Source: Abditibacterium sp.
Lineage (GTDB): Bacteria; Armatimonadota; Abditibacteriia; Abditibacteriales; Abditibacteriaceae
Length of the DNA: 64,000 bases
Assembly (NCBI GenBank): GCA_965199495.1
Contig: CBDASK010000003.1
Location: 2,048,001 to 2,112,000 of the forward strand
Direction of reading: 5' to 3'
Of this stretch, positions 1 through 10,687 are shown piece by piece; position 1 is the stretch's first letter, and each line of letters starts with the position of its first letter. A program made the position numbers and the translations under genes. The notes under the pieces were generated by a model that was given only the letters and a program-made list of their open reading frames with translations, did no database searches and had not been told where the DNA came from.

Positions 1-5
1 GGAGG

Positions 6-596
6 ATGCGTTATGGTTTCGAAGCGGGTTGGGGCGCCAATAACGCACAAAACGTTCAGGTGCCCGCCGCCGATGCCAAAATGTTGGCGCGCGTCGAGGG
101 CACGGCGACTTATGTGGTGCCCTCGGCGTGGCAACAATGGGAAATCGCCGATGTTTTGGGCAAAAAAGATTTGACGCACGAGTTTCAAAGTGGCGGACGC
201 ACAATCACGGTCATCGTCAAAGGCGCGGAGGGCGAGGGCAATAGCATCAACCTCAAGCTCGAAATCAACGCGCCGCCGCAGGGCAACAACGAAGGTGGCA
301 CTGATCCGCTTCTCTCTTTCAGCCAAATAGCCAAAGCGTTCACTTTGCAAGACGCCAACGGCAATGTCCTGCGAACGGGCGGTTACAGCGGCAGTGGCAG
401 AGGCGGTGCTGAGGGCCAGAAGATGCAATTGAGCGGAGTGTTTGTTTCGGCCACTAATGGCGGCCCGCGCGGTGACAACGGCAAAATGCCCGCGCCGCCC
501 GAAATCGCCGAACCGGTGAAATTGGTGTTCGACGCGCCGACCGAGTTTGTGCAAACGACTGTGCCGTTCGCATTCAAAGACGTGCCGTTGCCATAA
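6..596 (+). CDS. Hypothetical protein, probably the 3' part of a gene starting before the window
   Basis: Open frame from the window edge with host-like codons; no motif recognised. Confidence 0.6.
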   Translation: MRYGFEAGWGANNAQNVQVPAADAKMLARVEGTATYVVPSAWQQWEIADVLGKKDLTHEFQSGGRTITVIVKGAEGEGNSINLKLEINAPPQGNNEGGTDPLLSFSQIAKAFTLQDANGNVLRTGGYSGSGRGGAEGQKMQLSGVFVSATNGGPRGDNGKMPAPPEIAEPVKLVFDAPTEFVQTTVPFAFKDVPLP

Positions 597-737
597 ATCA
601 TGCGTTTTGTGCGTTGGCGCCCAAGAGCAGCCACGGCGGCTTTGGCGGTGGGTTTAGCTTTACAATTCGCGTGAGCCGCGCCGCTTTTTCGCGCGTCGGT
701 TAAAGCCGAAACTGCGGACGCGGTTTCGATTTTTCCG

Positions 738-2045
738 ATGTCATTTTCTCGTGCCGGGCAACTCGCCCGCTCCGTTATTGCCGCGCGCGCTTCCGATCCG
801 ATTGGCCTCGTCGCCGAAAATTTGCGGATGTCGTCGGGCGGCGTGTTGCCAGTTTTAGACCGCCCAACGCTGGGCGAATCCGATGGCAGCGAACGCAATG
901 CGCGCGTGCTGGGCCTGATTTCGCAGGATGATTTATCGCGCGCCACGCGCAATTTGATGGCGCCGCTCGCGCCCGTGGCTGCTCAATCGGTCGCGGTTTA
1001 TTCCAACGGCGAAAGCGCCGACGGCAATGGTCTCGCGAATGTCTATTCTAACGGCTTTGCCAACGGCCACGACGGTGGCGAGTGGACGACGCGCAACCCC
1101 AATTTAACGGCGGGCGACATCATGCAAACCGATGTGCCCTACATTCCCGCGAATTTTTCGTTGCACAACGCCTTACTCACGCTCGACCGCTATGAACTTT
1201 CGGCGATGCCGGTTTTCGATGATGCGCGCCAATATTTGGGCATGGTTTCGCGCGCCGATTTGCTGGCGGGCGTTTACAAAAGCGTGCGCCCGCCCCTCGT
1301 TGGCGGCATGGCGACGCCCCTTGGCGTGTGGCTCACCGATGGCCGCGTTTCGGGCGGCGCGCCCAACCTCGGTCTGTTTCTGACCGGCCTGATCTTGTCC
1401 ATCGGCTTGATGCTTTCGACGGTATTAATTGTGGCGGGCGCGTGGGCGATTAACCCGGCGTGGGGCGCGATGGCCTATTCGGGCCGACTGGGCGCCGCGC
1501 TCGAACCGACCAGCGTTTTTAATACGATAACGGCGCTGATTCAGAGCTTTTTGTTCCTGATGTTCTTTCGGATGCTGCCGATTTCGGGCGTTCACGCCGC
1601 CGAACACCAAACTGTGTGGGCGCTCGAACGCGGTTTGCCTTTAACCGTGGAAAACGTGCGCCGGATGCCGCGCGCGCATCCGCGTTGCGGCACCAATTTG
1701 GTTGCGCTGGCCGGCTTGCTTTCGATTGGCATTCAGCATTTGCCCGAACTCACGCCCAACTGGATTTTTCTGATTTTCATCATCGCGTTTTTCGCGTGGC
1801 GCAGTCTGGGTACCGCGCTACAAAACCTGTTCATGACGCGACCGGCGACTGACGCGCAAATCGAAAGCGGCATTCGCGCCGCCAACGAAGTGATGGCGAA
1901 ATATCAGGCGCAACCGTTCGCGACGGCGCCGCTCCCATTGCGTCTGCTCAACAACGGCATGATCTGGTCGGCGGCGGGCATGATTGTCGGTTTGTTCACG
2001 CTCGATTATTTGCTATCTTTGGTGATGCTGAACATCATGCGATAG
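738..2045 (+). CDS. CBS-domain + DUF1385 membrane protein
   Basis: CBS-like segments (AGDIMQTDVP...MPVFDDARQYLGMVSRADLL); DUF1385-type HAAEHQTV and HPRCGTN; hydrophobic helices. Confidence 0.8.
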   Translation: MSFSRAGQLARSVIAARASDPIGLVAENLRMSSGGVLPVLDRPTLGESDGSERNARVLGLISQDDLSRATRNLMAPLAPVAAQSVAVYSNGESADGNGLANVYSNGFANGHDGGEWTTRNPNLTAGDIMQTDVPYIPANFSLHNALLTLDRYELSAMPVFDDARQYLGMVSRADLLAGVYKSVRPPLVGGMATPLGVWLTDGRVSGGAPNLGLFLTGLILSIGLMLSTVLIVAGAWAINPAWGAMAYSGRLGAALEPTSVFNTITALIQSFLFLMFFRMLPISGVHAAEHQTVWALERGLPLTVENVRRMPRAHPRCGTNLVALAGLLSIGIQHLPELTPNWIFLIFIIAFFAWRSLGTALQNLFMTRPATDAQIESGIRAANEVMAKYQAQPFATAPLPLRLLNNGMIWSAAGMIVGLFTLDYLLSLVMLNIMR

Positions 2046-2060
2046 AAATTGGCGCAATAG

Positions 2061-2099
2061 AAAAAGCCCCGCGACTTGATTTAAGTCGCGGGGCTTTTT
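2061..2099. terminator. Bidirectional intrinsic terminator
   Basis: AAAAAGCCCCGCGACTT-loop-AAGTCGCGGGGCTTTTT between convergent genes. Confidence 0.85.
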
Positions 2100-2136
2100 G
2101 CTGACCAACTTTTATTGCGCCCTGGCCCTCCGCAAT

Positions 2137-2302
2137 TGCGTTCGCCTGTCATTTCGAGTGAGGCACGAACCGAGAAATCTTGCGACTCCGCGTCAGCGGA
2201 AGTTATGCTTTTTCTCGAACGCCGAAATTTCTTTAACATGCGCTGCCGCGCAGGCGCAAGATTTCTCGGTTCGTGCCTCACTCGAAATGACAGGCGAACG
2301 CA
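2137..2302. repeat. Long palindromic intergenic element (TGTCATTTCGAG...AGAAATCT type)
   Basis: ~47 bp inverted arms TGCGTTCGCCTGTCATTTCGAGTGAGGCACGAACCGAGAAATCTTGCG around a ~70 bp spacer. Confidence 0.85.
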
Positions 2303-2343
2303 GTTACAGTTCTCTTAGTCAAGGCGCAGTAACAAAATCTCGT

Positions 2344-3426
2344 TTATTTCACCTCGAACTCGAAGCGGAAGCGTTGCGAAGACGCGACGGGTTCGCCGTC
2401 TTTGAGCGCGGGTTTCCAGCGCCATTTGTTGAGCGCGGCGATGGCCAAATCGTCAACCTGCGAGTTGCCCGAACCGCTGAGAATGCTCGCCGAAGCCGAG
2501 CCGTCCGCTCCGATATCAACGCGCACGCGCACCGAACTTTTGAAGTTTTCGTTCAGCAGGTCATCGGGAATGCGCGGCTGCACCTGACGAGTCGGCACGG
2601 CGTCTTTGGTCGGGCCTTTGGGGCGCGGCGTTGGCGTTGGTTCCGGTCGGGGAGTCGGCGTCGGTCTTGGACGCGGAGTTGGCGTGGGTTCGGGTTTGGG
2701 CGTCGGCGTTGGCTCTGGTTTAGGAGTTGGCGTCGGCTCTGGTTTAGGCGTCGGCGGAATCGGCGTGGGTTCGGGCGGTGGGGGAACTGGTGTCGGCGGC
2801 GGCGCGGGCGCTTCGGTTGGTTGCGGTTGCGGCGCGGGCGTGGCGTATTCTTTGGGCGTCTCTTTTTTCTCGCCAAAAGATTGGTCGCCCGCCGGTTTGC
2901 CCAGGTCGCGATTGCCGCCCGCTTTCACGCTGCCCGCGTTCGGATCGGGTTTGCCGGTGGCAATCAGAGTTTTGTGGTGCGCGCCTTCGGGTTTTGGTTT
3001 GGGTGGTTTATTGAGTGGCTTGTTGGTTTGTGGCGCCTCTTGTGGTTTGGGTTTCGGCTTGGCCGTCGTCGGCGTGAGCGGACGCACGGGCGCTATTTTG
3101 GGCTTGGGCGCGTTGGGTTTAACGACGCGCGGTTTTGGTGGAATCGGTTTGGGTTTGGGTTGCGGCTTAACCACACGCGGCTTAGGTTTTGGTTTCGGCT
3201 TTGGTTTGGGCGGCGCGACTTTGGGCTTTGGCTTTGGTTTAGGCGCGACTTTGGGTTTGGGCTGGGCGGGCCGCGCGACCAGACTGATTTCGACGGTTCT
3301 GGGCGGCGGCGCTTTTTGCGCGACGATGGCGGCGCCAAATCCCGTCCACAGCAGACCGTTGGCGACGAGCGAAATCAGACCCGCCGTCAACAGGCGGTTT
3401 TGACTGCCTCCGAATGCGTCTTTCAT
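2344..3426 (-). CDS. tonB: Energy transducer TonB
   Basis: N-terminal TM helix, PK/PT-rich linker, C-terminal TonB domain ([10 protein letters not shown]...[22 protein letters not shown]); follows exbBD. Confidence 0.9.
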   Translation of the reverse strand: MKDAFGGSQNRLLTAGLISLVANGLLWTGFGAAIVAQKAPPPRTVEISLVARPAQPKPKVAPKPKPKPKVAPPKPKPKPKPKPRVVKPQPKPKPIPPKPRVVKPNAPKPKIAPVRPLTPTTAKPKPKPQEAPQTNKPLNKPPKPKPEGAHHKTLIATGKPDPNAGSVKAGGNRDLGKPAGDQSFGEKKETPKEYATPAPQPQPTEAPAPPPTPVPPPPEPTPIPPTPKPEPTPTPKPEPTPTPKPEPTPTPRPRPTPTPRPEPTPTPRPKGPTKDAVPTRQVQPRIPDDLLNENFKSSVRVRVDIGADGSASASILSGSGNSQVDDLAIAALNKWRWKPALKDGEPVASSQRFRFEFEVK

Positions 3427-3869
3427 TGTGGCGCTCCCACCGGCGTTGCGTCGCCGCCGGGCGAAGTCGCGATGGCGAACTTGGAAATGCCGACTTCGCG
3501 CGCGCCGTCAATGCTGCGCACGACTTCGCCGTGCGGCACCGTGGTGTCAGCGTTGATAATCACCGTCATGTCAGACAAATTCGCTTTGGCACCGCCCGCC
3601 TTTTCGAGCAGAACCGGCTCTAACGTCTCGAAAGTGACCGGCGTTTTGTTGACGTAGAGCTTGCGATTGGCGTCAATTGTAATTGTCAATGGCGCCGGTG
3701 GCTGCTTGTCGGCGCTGGCGGCTTTGGGCAGGTTGACCTGCAAACCGTTGAGCTTGGTCAGCGCCAAACTCGACAGCATGAAAAACACCAGTAAAAAGAA
3801 CATGGTGTCGATCATCGGGATGATTTCGATGCGCGTGCGCTTAAGCTCGCGGTGCCTTTTGAACTGCAT
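3423..3869 (-). CDS. exbD: ExbD/TolR biopolymer transporter
   Basis: [39 protein letters not shown] upstream of the ATG at 3869. Confidence 0.92.
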   Translation of the reverse strand: MQFKRHRELKRTRIEIIPMIDTMFFLLVFFMLSSLALTKLNGLQVNLPKAASADKQPPAPLTITIDANRKLYVNKTPVTFETLEPVLLEKAGGAKANLSDMTVIINADTTVPHGEVVRSIDGAREVGISKFAIATSPGGDATPVGAPQ

Positions 3870-4587
3870 ATTCGGCCTCCGTGGATTGCCCGTTAGTGTT
3901 GGCGTGTTGAGCAGCCACGCCGGGCATGGCGATGCCCGACTGCGCGTCTTGATCGGGGAAAAAACCGGCGCGCATATCCACCAAAGCATTGATGAGTTTG
4001 GTCGCGCCCTGCTCGGTTTCGCTCGTCACGGTGCGCAACCGCGCCGCGAAATAGTTGTAGGCCACGAAACACACGACCGCGATGGTGATGCCGGTCGCTG
4101 TGGCGTAGAGCGCCTCGCCGACGCCCGCCAGAACCGCGTCCGAGTTGCCGTGCGATTGTTGCTGAATCGCAATCGCGTTGAACGTTCCGATCATGCCGAC
4201 GATGGTGCCCAAAAGTCCGAGTAAAGGCGAAATCGTCGTCGTCGTATCGAGAAACGGCAGCAGACGTTCGAGCCGGATGAAGTAATCCTGCCCGATGTCT
4301 TCGACCTGACGCTCGGCGACGGCAATCGGGCGGTCGCGGTGTTTGAGAATCGCGCTCAACGCGGCGGCGAGCGGGCCGGGCGCGTTGTCGCAGAGTTGAA
4401 TGGCCTGCGCGAATTTGTTCTGGCGGGACAGGTCAATGACCTGTTTGAGCAAGCCGGGCGCGACGTGGCCGAGCGAGCGAAACGCGAGGATGCGCTCGAC
4501 GATAACCGCGATGGCGCACAGCGACAGGAACAGCAACGGATACATAATGATGCCGCCGTCGCGCACGAAGTTGATGAGATTGGACAT
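3841..4587 (-). CDS. exbB: MotA/TolQ/ExbB proton channel
   Basis: SPLLGLLGTIVGMI and EALYATATGITIAV motifs. Confidence 0.92.
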   Translation of the reverse strand: MSNLINFVRDGGIIMYPLLFLSLCAIAVIVERILAFRSLGHVAPGLLKQVIDLSRQNKFAQAIQLCDNAPGPLAAALSAILKHRDRPIAVAERQVEDIGQDYFIRLERLLPFLDTTTTISPLLGLLGTIVGMIGTFNAIAIQQQSHGNSDAVLAGVGEALYATATGITIAVVCFVAYNYFAARLRTVTSETEQGATKLINALVDMRAGFFPDQDAQSGIAMPGVAAQHANTNGQSTEAEYAVQKAPRA

Positions 4588-4721
4588 GGTGAAACTGACT
4601 TGTCTTGATAGGCTACACGAATAATTCGTGTTACGCTACGAAAGATTTGTGTGAAAAAAAAAGAAGAATGGGAACAGGAGCGATAATGCGGCGGCAAAGC
4701 CGCATTATCCCCTGTTTTGAT

Positions 4722-7318
4722 TTAAAATCCCAGATTCGCCGATAGAATCACGCGGCGTCCTTGCTGGAAGCGCGTGCCCGAAAAGTCGGAGTTGAAGTTG
4801 ATTAGCGCGCGGTCGTTGAAGACGTTTTCGACATCGAGCGTCAGGCCGCCGCGTCCTTTGAACAGGCGCGGGCCGCTCGTCAAGCGGGCGTCAACGCGCG
4901 TGCGGTCTTGGCGTTTGCCGGAAAAGCCGAAAACGCCGCCATCGCCGATGCCGCTTGAAGCCAGACCTGAACCGTAGAACACGTTGACGCCCGCCGAAGC
5001 GCCCGATTTGACCGTATAATTCAGGCCGCCCGACGCCGTATATCGCTGATCGTGGTCGTTGAAGTCGCGGCCTTCGTCGGGGTCGTTGAAGCGAGCAACG
5101 GCGCGCGCGAGCGAGAAATAGCTGCCCAAACCAACGCCGCCGCGCGGGTTGAGATTGTAAGACAATTCGATGCCGTGAACGCCATCGTGAGCCAGATTGA
5201 CCGCCGAATACACGCCGATTTGCGAGCCGGGCACCAGCAAAGCGATGTCCAACTGATTCTGAATCTGCTTGTAATAATACGCCAACTTGACCGATTGATT
5301 GCTGTGAAATTGCTTTTCAATGGAAGTCTCATATTGGTTCAAGGTTTCGGGCTGAATCTGCGCGCCGACGGTGCCGCCTTCGGCCAGCGGTGGCTGAATG
5401 AACAGGCGATTATACGAACCGCGCAAGACCACCGTGGGCTGCAACGCATAGCTGAGGTTGAGGCGCGGGCCTAAGAAGTTCTTCTTCAATTCCGTTGAAC
5501 TGTCGCCGTTCGCCGTGCCGGTCACGTCTTCGGTGCGCTTGAACATATCGTAGCGCACACCGTAATTCGCGGTCAATTTCGAGTTGACGCGCCAGGTGTC
5601 CTGCACGTAAGCCGCGCGATAATAACCTTTGCGATTGATGCCCACCGTCGGCGAAGTCGCGCCCGGCGTCAAGTTATAAATCTGGTTGCCGTTGACGTCC
5701 ATGACTGGGTCGCCGTTGCCGTCAACTTGAGGTGTTCCGGCGGGCGCCAGGTCGGGCGCGGCGCCATAAAGCGCGTTGAGCGCGGCCTGCGATCCGGGAA
5801 TCAAGTTATAGCTTTCGTTGCCGCGCTGTTGGTCGGTCGAAAGTCCAAATTTGACCGTATGTTTATCCAATGCGTAAGTCAAGCTGCCCTCGGCTTGTCC
5901 GTGCTTGCCGTTGCGATTGATCGTTGGGCTAAATTCAACTGGATCGTCCTGGCGCGAGGCGAAACCATCGGCGGGCAAACTCTGATAAATGCTCGGATTG
6001 TTGTTGGTCAAATCGAGCTTCGAGCGCGCGCCGCCAAACGATAAAAGCCCGGTCAAACGGTCGTCGAATGTGTGGCGATACTGCAAAATGCCGAAGTCGT
6101 TGCGGTCGCGCTGGTTCACGTCCTGATTGGCCTGATCTTGCGTCAATCCGACGTTGGAGTTGGTGTAGCCCGCCGTGCCCGCCAACGATTGCGCATCGGC
6201 CCGCGAGAGCGCGCCGCCAAAGCCAAAGCCCTGGCCGACTCCGGCGTATTTATCGGACAAACCGGTGCGGTTGGCGATGCCGTTGGTTGAAGGCGCCGCG
6301 TTGAGCGTGAGCGTGAAAGCGTCTTTTTGCGTGGGCGTAAAGTCGAAGCGGCCCAGAAAACTCTCGGCGCGCCCGTTGTTGTGCGCGGTCTGATCGTCGG
6401 GTTGCGGCGCCTCCAACGCGTTGTTGGTGCGGCGCGCGGTCGCGTTGAGGAAGTAGGAAAATTTGCGCTCGGCCTTGGCGCCCGGCGCCAACGTCACGCC
6501 CGAAACCGGCGCGCCGGTTTGTCCGCTCAAAGAGAACGTGCCCTGCGCCGTGCCAAACTCGCCGCCGCCCGCGCTCAACGCAAACTTCTGGTCAATCGTG
6601 CCGCGCTTCACCGTCGTATTAACGATGGCGGCGGTTTCGCTGCCGTATTCGGGCGCGTAAGAACCGGTTTGCACGTCGGCGCTTTCCAAAGCGTCGGGCG
6701 CGACAAGCGGCCCAAATCGCCCGACGAGCGCGCCGCCCAACTGGAAGCCGCCCAGATAAACCGAAGTTTGCGTGTGTTCGCCGCGAACGTGGGCTTGGCC
6801 CGCCGAATCGAGAGCCACGCCGGGCACCGTCGCGATGATGCCCTGCAATTGCTGCGGGTTGGACGCGGTCGCAGGGAATTTCTGGATGAAATTCTGGTTG
6901 CGCACCGTCGAGTTCGCCGTCTGGCGCGGACGCAAAATGCTGCGGTCGCCGTCACGCGAATCGTTTTTTCTTCGGGTTCGAGATCGAAACCGACATCGGT
7001 TGTCGTGTCGGAAATAACCGCTACCGAACGCGTTTCGGGGTTGAAACCGGGCGCGGCGACGGTAATATCGAACGAGTGATTTTCGAGTGGATCGGTCGTC
7101 ACTTCGCCGGTGGCTGCATCGGGCGTCAGAACGGTATCGGCGCGCGAGCCGGTCGGGTCTTTGAGCGTGATCGTGGTGTCGGGGACGGCTTTAGCGGTGT
7201 CCACGTTCTTGACAACGATGTGCAAACGCCCGACGACATCGGCCTGAGCGGGCAGCGCAAAAACGAGCGCAGTCGAAGCACCCGCGAGGAGCGGAAGCAT
7301 TCCATATTTGGGTTTCAT
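4722..7318 (-). pseudogene. TonB-dependent receptor split by a 1-nt frameshift near 6940-6947 (real lesion or sequencing error)
   Basis: Signal peptide and N-terminal domain in one frame (from 7318); plug (VPGV...HVRG) and barrel ending in F in another (6935-4722). Confidence 0.8.
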
Positions 7319-7457
7319 AAAAGTATAAAAATGCGGCTTTTGGCGCGAACGGGCGCGCAAAGCGAGATGAAACGCGCCGGGCGGCGCGCGAAAAAATGGC
7401 GCACAGAGGCGCGGGAAAGCCTACGAAGGCGGCGAAAAACGCGACGCCAGCAGAAAT

Positions 7458-7835
7458 TTAGATAAGCGAAACGGGCGGGCCGCGCGCGCCATAAATCAGC
7501 GCGCGGGCGACGGCGTGGCTGCTTGTCGGGCGCGTGAAAATTAAAACGGCGACAAACGCGACAGACAAGACCAGCGCCAACGCCAAAACGCCCTGCGCGC
7601 TGAGTTGCAGCAACGAACTCGAACAATCCACCTCGAATTGAAACGCGTGCGACGCCGGAAAATGCCCGACGGTCGAGATGTGGCTACTGGCGCGCAAAGC
7701 CAATTGGTCGGGACAATTGGCGGTATGAAACAGATCGCTGCCCGCAAAACCGAAGATAAAACTCGCCAGCCACGCCCAGAAGAGGAACGTCCGCCAAAAA
7801 ACGCGACGATCTTTCCAATGGCGAGCGGGCATCAT
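7458..7835 (-). CDS. DUF2946-like leader protein with C-terminal RGPP arrest motif
   Basis: Two hydrophobic segments around a His/Cys loop; ends ARGPPVSLI; immediately upstream of the TonB receptor. Confidence 0.7.
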   Translation of the reverse strand: MMPARHWKDRRVFWRTFLFWAWLASFIFGFAGSDLFHTANCPDQLALRASSHISTVGHFPASHAFQFEVDCSSSLLQLSAQGVLALALVLSVAFVAVLIFTRPTSSHAVARALIYGARGPPVSLI

Positions 7836-7935
7836 ATTCGATATTGATTTTACATTATCAAATATTGGGAGCGCAAGTGTTTTCTTTAAATTTAAGCACA
7901 ACTTTGCCGAATCGTTGGTGAATTTCGGGCAAAAC

Positions 7936-7972
7936 AAAAGGCGGATTGCTCAATTGAGCAATCCGCCTTTTT
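7936..7972. terminator. Intrinsic terminator
   Basis: AAAAGGCGGATTGCTC-AATT-GAGCAATCCGCCTTTT downstream of the receiver gene. Confidence 0.8.
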
Positions 7973-7986
7973 CTAAAATTCGTGGT

Positions 7987-8355
7987 TTAACGCCTAATTT
8001 TTTCCAGCGCGCGCACCTGTTCCACCAACTGACCGGGGCCAAAAGGTTTGAGCAAAAACTCGTCACAGCCCACACCTTTGGCCATGCGCCGAGCGAGCGC
8101 GGTGCCCAAATTGGACATGATCAAAACTGGCACTTTCTGGCCAGATTTAGAGGCGCGCAACTGCGAAACCAGCGAAAGTCCATCGGCCTCGCCCAAGAGC
8201 GAGTCAATTAAATAGGCATCGAATTTTTGCGCTTCGGCCAACGCCAGCGCGCGCGGCCCATCGCCCACGGCGACCGCTTCAATGGAAGACTCGCTCAGGC
8301 ACTGCACCAAAAACTCGCGTAACTCCTCGTTATCATCTACCAGAAGAACTTTCAT
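7987..8355 (-). CDS. Single-domain response regulator (receiver)
   Basis: KVLLVDDN, YLID phosphoacceptor, FLLKPF. Confidence 0.9.
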   Translation of the reverse strand: MKVLLVDDNEELREFLVQCLSESSIEAVAVGDGPRALALAEAQKFDAYLIDSLLGEADGLSLVSQLRASKSGQKVPVLIMSNLGTALARRMAKGVGCDEFLLKPFGPGQLVEQVRALEKIRR

Positions 8356-8449
8356 ATTTGTTTATAAAAGAATACAGGAGGACGCAAAATAGGGGAACAA
8401 AACCAACGCCGCAAATGCAAAGTAAAACCGGATGTCGAATAAACAAATA

Positions 8450-9013
8450 CTATTTCACGCGTTCGAGATAGTTGCCGGTGCGGGTGTCCACGCGAATGGA
8501 TTCGCCTTCGTTGACGAAAAGCGGGACGGTGATGACGGCGCCGCTTTCGATGGTCGCTGGCTTGGTGCCGCCCTGCGCGGTATCGCCTTTCAAACCCGGA
8601 TCGGTTTGCGTGATGACATATTCCATTGTCTGCGGCGGCTCGACGCCCAGAATATGCTCTTTCCACTTGGTCAATTGGACGGGCGTGTTATCTTTGAGAA
8701 ACTTGGCGACATCGCCGACCTGCGCGGCGCTCAGTTGCATCGGTTCGTAGCTTTCCATGTCCATGAAATGAAAATCTTCGCCGTCGCGGTAGAGAAACTC
8801 GACGTTTGTGCGTTCGACGAGCGCGGAATCCATGCTGTCGCCCGCGCGCCACGTTTTCTCGAAAGTCGCGCCGGTTTGCAGATTTTTCAGTTTGGAGCGC
8901 ACGAAAGCGCCGCCCTTGCCGGGCTTGACGTGCTGAAAATCCATGATTTGAAACACTTTGCCTTCGTATTCAATGGTGAGACCGTTTTTAAAATCGGATG
9001 TTGAAATTGCCAT
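8450..9013 (-). CDS. efp: Elongation factor P
   Basis: HVKPGKGGAFVR, PGLKGDT, VPLFVNEGESIRVDTRTGNYLER. Confidence 0.97.
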   Translation of the reverse strand: MAISTSDFKNGLTIEYEGKVFQIMDFQHVKPGKGGAFVRSKLKNLQTGATFEKTWRAGDSMDSALVERTNVEFLYRDGEDFHFMDMESYEPMQLSAAQVGDVAKFLKDNTPVQLTKWKEHILGVEPPQTMEYVITQTDPGLKGDTAQGGTKPATIESGAVITVPLFVNEGESIRVDTRTGNYLERVK

Positions 9014-9193
9014 GAGTAAAAAGGATAAAGCATAAAGGAGGAAGGCTCAAGGCCAACGGCGACTTTCGCTGGCGACTTCGGTTGCTGGCTCGCTTGAATA
9101 TGGGCATTTCATTTGCGTCGAATCGGGATAAATTAACTCGCGCCCCCACCCAAACCTTTGTGGGGGCGGCGCTCGAAATTCTCCAAAAAGATC

Positions 9194-10612
9194 ATGTTCC
9201 CCTTCAAAAAACCTCCCTCGCGCGCCGAAGTCGCCCGAAAAACCGTCATTGATGTCGCCGATTCGTTTTCTCATCACGCGCTCGATTTGCTGGAAAACGC
9301 GACCGATTTTATTGAGGGCGCATTAGACAGCGCGCACGACAAACTGGAAATCATCGGCGAAAAAGTCGAGCATGCCGTCGAGAAATCGCCGCTCGAAAAA
9401 GCCAAGTTAGCGGCGGGCGCCGCCGCCGTGGCTGCCAATGTAACGGCTACGGCGAACCAAGCCGCCGAAAAAGCGGGCGCGCTCAAAATGGGCGCCGCCA
9501 GCGCAGCAGCCACGGCGGGCCAGAGCGTCGCCGGTAAAGTCGGGCAAACCCTTTCCAAAGTGCGCACCCCCGACGATGACGTGCCCGACGTGAAACGCGC
9601 GCGCAAACAGGCGCAAAACCAGATTGACACCATGAACAAAGAAGCCGCCAATTACAAACGCGAACTCGAAAAAGAGTTGGCGCGCGACCAAAAACTCTTC
9701 GACGCCGAACAAGAACGTCTGCAACGCGAATATAACGAGTTGCAAAGCGACCTTTATCGGGCGCGTCGCGAGGCCGAGGAAGAGCGCAAAACGTGGGACA
9801 AAAAGCGCGAGCAAGACGATGAGAAACGCGACATCGTGCGCGTGCCAATCGCGCCGACCGACCGCGTTGTGGGATTTGACGACGATGACGATGAGGACGA
9901 TTATAACGACGGCGATTTTCGTTACGACGATGACGAAAAGCGTAGTGGTGGCAACGCGTGGCTCATTTTGGGCGGATTGTTATTGGCGAGCGCGGGCGCG
10001 GTTTATTATCTGTTTTCCTCGACCGATGGCAAGCGCAAACGCGCGCAGATTCAGGATCGTGTCGGGCAGGTCGCCGATGGCGTGCGCGAAAAAGTAACGC
10101 AACATTCGGACGAAACCGGTGAACCCAGCGTCGAAGAAGTGACCGAAGCCGCGAGCGAACTTTCCGATTTTTCCAACGAGAAAATCGCCGATGCCGATGA
10201 TTTGATCGGCGCAACAATCGAAGCCAAGTTGCCGCCAACGAGTTCTTCTGTCAGCCAACCCAGTTTGCCCAACAAGGCCGTGGATAAAATCGAGGAAGTC
10301 AGCGACAAAGTCGCCGACGGCATCGCGGGAGCGGGCGCATTTCTGGCCGACAAACTCGAAGCCGCCGGAGCGGGCGCCAAAAGCGCGGCCCACTCCGCCG
10401 CCGGAAAACTCGACGATGTCAAAGACAAAGCCGCCGCCAAATTGGACGACGTGAGAAAGCCAGCGCCCGGCGCGGCCAAAACGCCCAACGCCGTCGTCGT
10501 TGAGGTGATCAGCAACGAACCCGTCACTAAAGAAACGACCGAAGAAGTTTTGGCCGAAGTCGAGGCGACCGTGCGCAACATCGAAAATTCGGCGCGCGAA
10601 GAAAGGAAGTAG
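9194..10612 (+). CDS. Ala/acid-rich coiled-coil membrane protein with a YtxH-like segment
   Basis: Coiled coil, acidic tract, one TM helix followed by GKRKRAQIQDRV. Confidence 0.6.
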   Translation: MFPFKKPPSRAEVARKTVIDVADSFSHHALDLLENATDFIEGALDSAHDKLEIIGEKVEHAVEKSPLEKAKLAAGAAAVAANVTATANQAAEKAGALKMGAASAAATAGQSVAGKVGQTLSKVRTPDDDVPDVKRARKQAQNQIDTMNKEAANYKRELEKELARDQKLFDAEQERLQREYNELQSDLYRARREAEEERKTWDKKREQDDEKRDIVRVPIAPTDRVVGFDDDDDEDDYNDGDFRYDDDEKRSGGNAWLILGGLLLASAGAVYYLFSSTDGKRKRAQIQDRVGQVADGVREKVTQHSDETGEPSVEEVTEAASELSDFSNEKIADADDLIGATIEAKLPPTSSSVSQPSLPNKAVDKIEEVSDKVADGIAGAGAFLADKLEAAGAGAKSAAHSAAGKLDDVKDKAAAKLDDVRKPAPGAAKTPNAVVVEVISNEPVTKETTEEVLAEVEATVRNIENSAREERK

Positions 10613-10625
10613 GGAAAGAGAAACG

Positions 10626-10661
10626 CAAAAGCCGCGAGAATTTCGATTCTCGCGGCTTTTG
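10626..10661 (+). terminator. Intrinsic terminator
   Basis: CAAAAGCCGCGAGAA-loop-TTCTCGCGGCTTTTG. Confidence 0.75.
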
Positions 10662-10687
10662 TTTTGCCGGTGAATTTTACCAGCCTG

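Noticed and set aside
2620..2780. 18 bp tandem repeats
   Set aside because: They encode the PTPKPE linker of TonB; no spacers, so not CRISPR
2098..3657. Long Gly/Arg-rich ORFs on the + strand (2098-3657, 2606-3403)
   Set aside because: Antisense shadows of the Pro-rich tonB gene
8450..9013. efp close to the polyproline-rich TonB and the RGPP leader
   Set aside because: Separated by a terminator and another gene; proximity alone shows no functional link
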